Virus record (IMG/VR): IMGVR_UViG_3300008255_000022
Coordinates: 1 to 45,724 of that record
Origin: a virus
Taxonomy: Duplodnaviria; Caudoviricetes
DNA length: 45,724 bases
Reading direction: 5' to 3' (one strand)
The notes beneath the pieces were generated by a model. The model was not told the origin of the DNA and made no database searches. It saw only the letters and a program-made list of their open reading frames with translations. The position numbers were made by a program, and so were the translations under genes. Shown piece by piece: positions 34,762 through 43,500 of this stretch (position 1 is its first letter; each line of letters starts with the position of its first letter).

Positions 34762-37190
34762 GCTATGTACGAGCAACAGGGCCTCGCAACGCTAAGATAG
34801 TTTTCGTTGGTGACAATGCTTCCATTGAAGATGGTAAATCTGGTAAACCCTTCTCTGGCAGGAATGGTAAAATGTTTACGCATTTGCTGGCGCAAGCTGG
34901 CTTGTTGCGAGAGATATGTTACCTAACCAACGTTATTAAAGAATCCTGCACCTACAATAACGTAGGTAATTTTATTGATCTGAGCAAAAAAATCCCTGTC
35001 GTTAGTGATGAGGGGTATAACTACATTCAGATCCTCCAACAGGAGTTAATGGACCTCAGGCCCAACGTTGTTGTGGCTGTTGGTAATGTAGCACTCTGGG
35101 CACTCACTGGTGAACGTGGAATAAGCAAATGGCGGAATAGTGTTCTTGAGGGATTTAATGGTATGAAAGTTATTCCTATTCTCCCTCCAGGTTTCGCTAT
35201 GAATGATTATGTTGCACGCCACCTAATCTACCATGATCTGCAAACAGTAGCACTTCATCAAAATGATCCTACTGTTCCAAAGGATGAAAGGGAGTATATC
35301 ATATTTCCGGGCTATGCGCAAACACTTGAATTCCTCGACGAATGTTTGAATCATGAGCATATAGCTTTCGACATTGAAGTTGGTGGCGATGATGATGGGA
35401 GGGAGGTATCCTGTATAAGTTTTGCTTATAACAACAAGCGCGTTATAAGTATACCATTTTCCAATGGACCTGATCCATATTTCTTACCTCCACAAGAAAT
35501 AGAAGTATGGTTACGGATTGAGCAGTTGCTTGAAAGTTCTAAGGTTATAAAGATAGCTCAAAATGCTTCATTTGACGTAACCTTCCTTTACCGTAAGTAT
35601 GGAATCAGGACAAAAAATATCCGTGATACTATGATCGCGGAAGGTATTATTCATCCTGACTTTAAAAAGGGTCTTGGTGCTATCACAGCATGGTACACCA
35701 CTATGCCGTACTATAAGGATGAGGGTAAGACCGGCTTCAAGAGTCAGTATAATGAGGGATTCTTCCTCTACAACGCGAAGGATAGTATTGTCCTAATGGA
35801 AGCATATCCTCGCATGGTTGCTGAGCTGAAAAAGTTAGGAAATTATGACACGTTCTTAAGCCAGTGCGAACTCATTGAACCCCTTACCTACATGAGTGAG
35901 CGTGGCTTTCGCGTTGACAAAGAAGGTATGGAGAAAAAGAGCAGAGAGCTTGGATTATCCATTGAGGAGGATCGGTTAAAGATTCAAGCTCTTGCTGGTT
36001 ACGACATTAATCCTGCTAGTCCAGCACAACTTATTGAATATTTTTATGAGGAGAAAGGATATCCGGTCTATAAGAACAGAAAAACAGGCCGACCCACAAC
36101 AGATGAAATGGCCCTCAAACGTTTGTCTCGTAAAGGTGCAAAGGAAGCGTCACTTATCCTCGACATGAGGGAAAAGGCCAAGCTCAAGTCTACATACCTC
36201 GATGTAAAGCTTGGCAATGATGATAGGTTACGTGGTAGCTTCAATCCAATCGGAACAAGCACACTTCGTCTATCCTCCAGTTCAGACATATTCGGTGTAG
36301 GAACCAACCTTCAAAACCTGCCACCAAGGATGAAAGCCAACATCTTACCAGATGAAGGCTATGTCATGTTCGAGATTGACCTTGCACAGGCAGAAAATCG
36401 TGTGGTTGCATACATAGCACCAGAGCCAAAGATGATGGCAGCTTTCGAACAGGGTCTTGATATTCATAGCCAAACAGCCGGTATGATGTTTGATATGGAT
36501 ATTAATACTGTCATCCGGCTGAATAAAGAGTACAGTCTAGCAGGCTCCCCATCTATTCCCGAGTACTGTCCTCCCATTGGGCAAGGTAATAAGCCATTTC
36601 GTTATTGGGGGAAGCAAGCGAATCATGCCCTCAACTACGGCCTTGGCCCAAACAGTGCGGCACTTCGATGGGAGATTCCTCAGAATGATGCCAAGTTTAT
36701 CTACGAACGATATCATACTGTCTATCCAGGTGTTCGTCAGATGCACAGATGGATTGAACATGACCTCCGAACTAAGCGTTGTGTGACTAACCTTTTCGGT
36801 TTCAGCAGATATTTTCTAGGACGTTGGGAGGATATAGTTAAACAAGCTTACGCTTTCGTAGCACAGTCAACCATAGGCGAAGTCCTCAATCGTCGTGGAG
36901 TTAAGTATATCTATTACCGCACTGACCTCTTTCCTGAAGTACAACTCCTCAATCAGATCCATGACAGTGTTGTATTTCAGATCCCTCTTGAGGTCGGATG
37001 GGACAGGATCAATCGTATCATCAACCTCATCATAGCTAATCTACAAAACCCTCTTGAGTTTCGTGGTAGGATATTTAGCACACCAGCCGATGTAAAAGTC
37101 ATAGGTGGTAGTATGACTGATGGTGTAGAAGTTAAACAAGTCAACCCAGCCTCTCTCCAAAAAGCATGGGAAGAATCGGTTAATAATTAA
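34758..37190 (+). CDS. polA: DNA polymerase family A with N-terminal UDG-like and 3'-5' exonuclease domains
   Basis: UDG fold (KPF.G..G, YLTNV.K); ExoI FDIE, ExoII QNASFD, ExoIII YNAKD; motif A DLAQAENR, B K..NHALNYG, C HDS. Confidence 0.93.
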   Translation: MSYVRATGPRNAKIVFVGDNASIEDGKSGKPFSGRNGKMFTHLLAQAGLLREICYLTNVIKESCTYNNVGNFIDLSKKIPVVSDEGYNYIQILQQELMDLRPNVVVAVGNVALWALTGERGISKWRNSVLEGFNGMKVIPILPPGFAMNDYVARHLIYHDLQTVALHQNDPTVPKDEREYIIFPGYAQTLEFLDECLNHEHIAFDIEVGGDDDGREVSCISFAYNNKRVISIPFSNGPDPYFLPPQEIEVWLRIEQLLESSKVIKIAQNASFDVTFLYRKYGIRTKNIRDTMIAEGIIHPDFKKGLGAITAWYTTMPYYKDEGKTGFKSQYNEGFFLYNAKDSIVLMEAYPRMVAELKKLGNYDTFLSQCELIEPLTYMSERGFRVDKEGMEKKSRELGLSIEEDRLKIQALAGYDINPASPAQLIEYFYEEKGYPVYKNRKTGRPTTDEMALKRLSRKGAKEASLILDMREKAKLKSTYLDVKLGNDDRLRGSFNPIGTSTLRLSSSSDIFGVGTNLQNLPPRMKANILPDEGYVMFEIDLAQAENRVVAYIAPEPKMMAAFEQGLDIHSQTAGMMFDMDINTVIRLNKEYSLAGSPSIPEYCPPIGQGNKPFRYWGKQANHALNYGLGPNSAALRWEIPQNDAKFIYERYHTVYPGVRQMHRWIEHDLRTKRCVTNLFGFSRYFLGRWEDIVKQAYAFVAQSTIGEVLNRRGVKYIYYRTDLFPEVQLLNQIHDSVVFQIPLEVGWDRINRIINLIIANLQNPLEFRGRIFSTPADVKVIGGSMTDGVEVKQVNPASLQKAWEESVNN

Positions 37191-37198
37191 CCTATCCT
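37172..37198. repeat. 27-bp dyad element copy 12 (AGAATC-GGTTAATAATTAACC-TATCCT)
   Basis: Encodes the last codons and stop of polA (ESVNN*). Confidence 0.95.
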
Positions 37199-37211
37199 TA
37201 TAAAACAACTA

Positions 37212-38417
37212 ATGGCTAAGCGAGGAGATTGGCTCAAACTTTATCTCGAATACGTCGAGAACACTGAACCACCTATCTTATACAAAGAATGGGTAGCTAT
37301 CTCTGCAATAGCTTCAGTGTTGAAACGTAAGACCTGGCTTGATTGGGGACTAGATTCTCGTATATTTCCCAACATGTACATAGTCTTAGTCGGACCTCCT
37401 GGTCGCTGTAGAAAGGGTACAGCTATGGCACCAGCAGCTTTACTGATTCGTAAGATAGGTGTGAAAATGTCTGCCAGTTCTATCACACGTGAGGCACTTA
37501 TCAAAGAACTGGAGGAGTCGTCTGCTCTTGATGATATAAACGGAGATATAGTAGTTCATTCTTCCCTCACAGTTAACAGTCCAGAGCTTACCGTTTTCCT
37601 GGGACAGGATAATAAGGAAATGCTCATGACCTTAACTGACTGGTACGACTGCGCAGGTGAATGGGAGTATAGAACAAAAACTCAGGGTACTAACACAGTC
37701 ACTGGAGTTTGGGTCAACCTCCTCGGAGCCACTACGCCACATCTTATTCAGAATGCACTTCCTCTTGATGCAGTAGGTGGAGGTTTAGCTAGCCGTATGG
37801 TGTTTGTTTATGAGGATCGTATTGGCAAACGAGTCCCTGCACCATTCCTCACACAGTTACAAAAAGATCAAGCAGAACAACTGTTGAATGAGTTAACAGA
37901 TATTAGTAAGTTGAATGGTGCTTTCCAACTCACTGCAGATGCTATGGATGCTTGGGTAGATTGGTACATGAACATGGAGAAAACTAATCCAAAAATGCCT
38001 CCGACATTTGAGGGTTATCTCAATCGCCGTCAGACGCACCTGCGTAAGCTCCTTATGATCCTGAGTGCAAGTAGATCCAACGACATGATTATCAATGTAG
38101 ATGATTTCACTCGTGCTCTCGATCTACTACAACGGACAGAACGTAAGATGCCACGTACCTTTGCTGGCATGGGTAGTAGTCGGAATAGTCAGACCATTAC
38201 TATCCTCCACGAATACATATCAGAAAAAGGTCGTGTTACTATTAAGGAACTCTACAGTGACCTATACGGACACGTTGAATCACCTCAACAATTCCAGCAA
38301 CTTCTCAGTATGCTGATCACACAGGGTTTCTGTAAAACAGAGAAAGCTGGCAATGACACGTTCATCGTCTATCAGAAGAACAACAAGCTCAATACGCAGT
38401 ACGGACAACAGCCCTAG
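37212..38417 (+). CDS. DUF3987/YfjI-like P-loop protein (putative replicative helicase)
   Basis: NMYIVLVGPPGRCRKGTA, T.EAL, L...YD, LLGATTP, GGLASR; winged-helix-like C-terminus. Confidence 0.7.
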   Translation: MAKRGDWLKLYLEYVENTEPPILYKEWVAISAIASVLKRKTWLDWGLDSRIFPNMYIVLVGPPGRCRKGTAMAPAALLIRKIGVKMSASSITREALIKELEESSALDDINGDIVVHSSLTVNSPELTVFLGQDNKEMLMTLTDWYDCAGEWEYRTKTQGTNTVTGVWVNLLGATTPHLIQNALPLDAVGGGLASRMVFVYEDRIGKRVPAPFLTQLQKDQAEQLLNELTDISKLNGAFQLTADAMDAWVDWYMNMEKTNPKMPPTFEGYLNRRQTHLRKLLMILSASRSNDMIINVDDFTRALDLLQRTERKMPRTFAGMGSSRNSQTITILHEYISEKGRVTIKELYSDLYGHVESPQQFQQLLSMLITQGFCKTEKAGNDTFIVYQKNNKLNTQYGQQP

Positions 38418-38439
38418 CATCTTTCCCACAACGTCTAGC

Positions 38440-39222
38440 ATGAACAGTAACAAGAACAAAATCATCATCGGTGTAGCAACTGTTTACACTCGCAGAAAAT
38501 TCTTCACACAGAAAGTGCTTCCTGGACTTGTTGAAGCATCTGCTCTTGTCCATGTGTTTAGAGACTTTGACGCTTCTGTAACAGTGCTGCCGGACACTAA
38601 CAAAGGAGTACAGTATTATACAGCTACTGAATTTTCTCGTAATCTTGGAGACAGCGGAAAATTCCTTGGTTACGAAAGTGAGCTGTTTGACGGAACAGAT
38701 GAGTTCTATTACTTCTCATGTGACGATGACCTCATCTACGCTCCAGAGTATTTTGATTACATGATCGCAGCCATTGAACGCTTCGATAGGAAGGCTGTAG
38801 TATCACTGCACGGAAACACCTTTCATAAATTCCCTATCAATAGCTATTATGGAGATAAGAAAGGTTATAGTTGTTTACGTCCGAACAGGGTTGATCGCCG
38901 TGTTCTATTCCCTGGTACAGGAGTTATGGCCTTTCACAGCTCTCTCATCAGAGATTTTATCCTCGCAGACCTGATGCCAGTGCCTAATATGGCAGATATA
39001 TGGATGGGACTGGAGCTACAAAAAAGGAAAATTCCCGCAGTGACAATTAAGCACAACGGGAATCTCCTTACCTACCACGACAAACTACCTGTCCAGCAGA
39101 CCATCTGGGGTCAAGCCTTCAACAACGACTTTATTCAGACTGCTCTGGTGAATCAGTTTTCCTTGAATCCGGGATTTGCTCTTTACCCTCTTGTCCAGCC
39201 TCATAATCCTCAATCGGAATGA
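38440..39222 (+). CDS. GT-A fold glycosyltransferase (start reassigned to ATG 38440)
   Basis: GDSGKF, YYFSCDDDLIY.PEY, GTGVMAF, NMADIW. Confidence 0.8.
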   Translation: MNSNKNKIIIGVATVYTRRKFFTQKVLPGLVEASALVHVFRDFDASVTVLPDTNKGVQYYTATEFSRNLGDSGKFLGYESELFDGTDEFYYFSCDDDLIYAPEYFDYMIAAIERFDRKAVVSLHGNTFHKFPINSYYGDKKGYSCLRPNRVDRRVLFPGTGVMAFHSSLIRDFILADLMPVPNMADIWMGLELQKRKIPAVTIKHNGNLLTYHDKLPVQQTIWGQAFNNDFIQTALVNQFSLNPGFALYPLVQPHNPQSE

Positions 39223-40324
39223 TAGCGTCATATAAACGCTGAATCTTCGGATCATTCGGATAACGTCTGAGATAGTCTGCGAACAGTGTTTTCGCTTCTC
39301 CTAACCTGCCAAGTTTGAGAGCACACTCTCCTGCAGGTCCGCAGATATAAGCATGGTCAAGCTTGTAACTGAACTCCTCGTTGAGGTACTGCTGAAGAGC
39401 AAGCGTACTTCCGAGGAAAGTGTATGCTGCAGCCCACTTCTCTAACAGCATATACGACATACCCATGAAGAGGAAACTCATAGCCTCTTCTGGTTTGAGT
39501 TCAAGCATAGCTTTCGCATACTTGAGACCCTCAACGTATAGCTGCATGGTGTAACAAGAATGTGCAGCAATGATAAGAGCTGAGTAGCCATTCTGACTTG
39601 TGAGCTTATCCAAGTCAGTAACACGTATCCAAGCCAAACAAGTATCATACTCCTTCATCATGAAGTAAGCATTGGCTACTTGAAAGTTGTAGTACTCAGC
39701 TCGATCAATGTGGCCTGCTTCTCTGTTTGCAATGACCTCATCCTTCATGGCTTGCACACGCTTGCTATACTTCTCCTTCAATTCTTCCGGAGACAGGTTA
39801 TAGCCATGATGCCGAAACTCAAGAGGTACTTTGATTATTTTCGCATCCTTACCATCGAGAGGGTTTTGCTTGATTGGTTCAGCGATTTGGTTATGTACCT
39901 TACCAATGTAGCGAAACTCTGGACAGCTACGAAACAAGCGTATCTGCCAAATAACATCTCCTTCTAGAAGTTGATTCTGCGGAAGAAGATTGTTAATACG
40001 GACAGTAACTGCGTCCGCTTTGTTCTGCTCAATTTCTGTCTGCGCAACACCGAGGAGCTCAGGGTTTGTAATCTCCTCATCGGCGTCGAGTATAAGGATC
40101 GTATCATTTGTAGCTAGATCTATTGACCTATTACGAGCATGGGAAAAACCCTCCCATTCAATGCACTCAAGCACTGTAGCGTACTCAGTAGCAATTTCAA
40201 TCGTTCCATCAGTAGACCCGGTGTCTACAATAATGATTTCATCAACGTGATCTTTCACGCTCTCCAAACAATTGCGAAGATGTTTTTCTTCATCCTTCAC
40301 AATCATACATATTGAGATACCCAT
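39131..40324 (-). CDS. GT2 glycosyltransferase with TPR repeats
   Basis: ISICMIVKDEE, VDTGSTDGT, FS.ARN, LDADE, RLFR, H.GY followed by TPR-like helices. Confidence 0.9.
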   Translation of the reverse strand: MGISICMIVKDEEKHLRNCLESVKDHVDEIIIVDTGSTDGTIEIATEYATVLECIEWEGFSHARNRSIDLATNDTILILDADEEITNPELLGVAQTEIEQNKADAVTVRINNLLPQNQLLEGDVIWQIRLFRSCPEFRYIGKVHNQIAEPIKQNPLDGKDAKIIKVPLEFRHHGYNLSPEELKEKYSKRVQAMKDEVIANREAGHIDRAEYYNFQVANAYFMMKEYDTCLAWIRVTDLDKLTSQNGYSALIIAAHSCYTMQLYVEGLKYAKAMLELKPEEAMSFLFMGMSYMLLEKWAAAYTFLGSTLALQQYLNEEFSYKLDHAYICGPAGECALKLGRLGEAKTLFADYLRRYPNDPKIQRLYDAIIPIEDYEAGQEGKEQIPDSRKTDSPEQSE

Positions 40325-40347
40325 AACAGCCCTGTTTGTTTCTCGTT

Positions 40348-40376
40348 AAAGTAAGAAAAAATTTCGTGAAAAGCAA
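40348..40376 (-). promoter_or_regulatory. Sigma70-type promoter for GT2-TPR
   Basis: TTGCTT-17 nt-TACTTT. Confidence 0.5.
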
Positions 40377-40404
40377 GTGCCTGCACACTTATAATTACTA
40401 CGAA

Positions 40405-40431
40405 AGGATAGGTTAATTATTAACCAATTCT
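40405..40431. repeat. 27-bp dyad element copy 13 (AGGATA-GGTTAATTATTAACC-AATTCT)
   Basis: Read directly; intergenic. Confidence 0.95.
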
Positions 40432-40432
40432 A

Positions 40433-40512
40433 ATAAAAAGTACCGGAGACCCTCACCATCAATCAGCAGTCGGAGTGGGCATGAAAGATGGACAGGGCTG
40501 AGAGCCTCCGGA
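40433..40512 (-). terminator. Long interrupted hairpin plus T tract at the end of the virion operon
   Basis: CCGGAG/CTCCGG, CCCT/AGGG and CCATC/GATGG nested stems followed by TTTTTA. Confidence 0.45.
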
Positions 40513-40514
40513 TT

Positions 40515-43500
40515 TTAATAGTCAAACTCGATCCAGTCCCTTGCTCCGAGTTCTACTTGATTTGTTCTGTCCTTAGTAACACCAGCCTCTTTAAAGATTC
40601 CTTCAATGGTAGATGGTTCAAGACCTAACCGATAAGCACCTTCATAGGTTCGACGCATTTTTTCAAATGCTCGTCCATAAGAATCATTAGCAGCTCTATC
40701 TGCTTTGTACAAATCCCTCAGCGTTGAACGTGGATCACCTTTCGCTTTGTTAAAAATGGTGCGAGCATCACGTACCTCTTTTTCAAATTCAATAGCACGG
40801 AAACGAAGTGAGATAGGAACATTGAGTTCATTAGTCCTGAACCCAAAGAATGATGCGAGAACTTCTGATTCCAGATCAAGCTGTTTTCCACTACGTTCTG
40901 GTCTACCAACTGCACTACGATAAAGACGCTGTGTAGAATTGATTACACCAGGCTCTAGGCCATTCCACATGTGAGCAGTAATAGTCGCAGCTTGTTCACC
41001 TAGACTTTGTCCGGGATTGTAGACTGGTCCTCCAAATGGTATGCGTTTATTACTCGCTACCTCCCTAACTTTCTGCAGCATGATTTCTTCACTAAAGAAA
41101 CGTGAACCAAGCTGTTTCCAGGCTTCCAGATAAGTTGGAATAAACTCCTCCTCTTTACCGAGGATAAGAGCATTGATCGGATCAGATAACAATGAGTAAG
41201 GATTGTATTGAGATGGATTAATATACCGTCTACGAAGCTTGTCATCGTTGAGATATATGAGAGGAGAGTTAGCATCCCACGGTGGAGTGAATTGCTTAAT
41301 ATCTTTATCCTCTTCTTCATCCGTGCCGGTGAGGAACATACCAACACCAGCAGCAATAGTATTAACAGCTATCATAGCCGTTACGCCAGCCATACGACGC
41401 CAACCAATCTTTCTCAACTTCGGATTGTCAGAAGCGATTTCAAGTTTAGCTCGCTCGATAGTATTGAAGGTAGTCCGTATAACCTCTGATTGGAAGGATA
41501 CGAATGTACCAAAAAGAGGAAACTTTGAAAGATTCCTAATCCTAGCTGGCACACGACTATAATCCTGATAAACTCCCTTAATAACCTCTGCTGCTTCAGC
41601 TTCAATATCTTCTCGTGTCCGACCACTACCCTCATACGCGTCTTGCAAACGAGCATTCTCTGCCTCGAACATAAGGATACGAAGGGCTACATCCTCTGCG
41701 CGATAGATGTCAGCCATTTTCTCCGAACCGTAACGAAGCTTGGAAAAAATTGATCCAGGCTTTGTAAGTACGTGGTTGAAGCTATCTAGGAACTGATCGT
41801 TAGATCCTTTTGATCCGGTAATGGTAGCATTAATCACTCCCTGAAGTTCACCAGCTTTTGCTCCCTCAACATCGAGGCCAAGTTCAGCATAGCGTCGCAT
41901 CTTTGCAGCAAACTTAGCTGGCGTCTTATTTGCTGATACAACCCAGAATGCTTTAAGGGCATCCTTCATATGCTGCTTCGTCACATTATGCCCATTGGCA
42001 AGCATGAAAAATCCACCACCAGCAATATTGCGTACATGAGTAATCTGATTCAACACAGTCTTACTATACTTTGCAATACTATTTATACCAATAGCCCATT
42101 GCGCTAATCCACCATAGGTATCAGCATCACGGTAGCTCTCACGGAATGCTTCCGCAATTTCTGGATGAGTGTAAAGGCCAGCCAATGCACCGAAACTCTC
42201 ATTGTTCGTAGCAGAGATTCTCTGCGTGAAGCCGAATGGAGCATCCTTCACATCATCAAAGAAATAGATGCCCTTATATTGCTCTGCTACTTCTCGCAGA
42301 TGCAATCCGTTATGTACAATGTTAGCAACCTTTCCTAGCGTCCGTACATAGTTCGCTAATGGATTCGTATATTCTCCCATAAGGGCACGAATCTCAGGTG
42401 CAATATCACCACGCTTTTTCAGTGGACTAGTATCCACACGACCAAGCTTTTCTCCAGCAATAATAGCAAACTCAGAATTACTCGTATTACCGAGAATGTC
42501 TTGGATGAGGTTGTTAATTGCTGTATCACTCAACTCCGTACCAGCAGCTTTATACTGATCTCGAATAAAGTCATAGGCTTTAATCATTACATCTTCAGGA
42601 ACATTACGTGCCCACTTAGGATCCTCATTCTTTTTATAAGCACGATGCAAGTAAGTTCCAATGTTCTTGCTAATCGCTAGCTCAAGAGGACCCTCTGCCA
42701 AACCTTCCCGAACGAGTGTACGAGATAGTTTGTCGATGTGCAGACGTGCTGCTGTTAACGCACCCCATAGCTCGTCGTTAATAAGCTCAGCCGTAATCCC
42801 AACTTTCTGTGTTTGTCCGGCTACTGGAGGAAGCATCCTTACTCCATCAAAGTAGGGTTCTCTAGGACCAGCCCGTAAAGCAGGTACATTTTGCATACGC
42901 TCAGCATTTCCGCGAAGCACATGATCCATAGCTTCCCAGACAATATCTGGAATACGACCAATCTCGTCAGTAGCAAAGAATCGCTTAATATCAATTCCAC
43001 TATCCTTTCCAAGATGCTGAATGCGAAGAGCATTGATAATGTTCTCAAGATTCTGATTAACAGTAACAACCTCTTTCGCCAATTGTCCTTGACGAGTGCG
43101 ATCCTTTTTCAAAATACTTTTAGGTGCACCTAACCGAAGATCAAGCCAACGCATAATCTTCTGTCGCCAAGTACCAATGCCTTGATCCTGGGATAAGTCT
43201 AACGTAGGATCGTCGGGTGAAACGTCGGACGGTTCTGACGGTGGCAATTGTTTGCGCGTGAACCCGCCAAACTCGGTCCCAGATGTGTTTTGTCGGGGTG
43301 GTGGGGGCATAGTGCCCGTTCCATCGTCGGTCGTTTCAGGGGTCGTTACGTTGCGTTGCACTCCAGTATTTTGAGTAGCAGGTAGATTATTTCTAACCGC
43401 AGGAAGGTTGCGTCCTTCTGCATTATCTGTTGGAGGAGGTGTTGGTGTATCTGGAGCAGCTTGTCCCTCAACTTCAAACTTACTGTAGTTTGGAGGAATA

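Noticed and set aside
34922-34931. CCTAACCAAC inside polA
   Set aside because: Encodes the conserved UDG YLTN motif and is not near a start codon; probably coincidental
1180-40431. Dyads as intrinsic terminators or integron attC sites
   Set aside because: AT-rich stem with a 1-nt centre, no U tract, no GTTRRRY/RYYYAAC box arrangement and no integrase; separate GC-rich terminators exist
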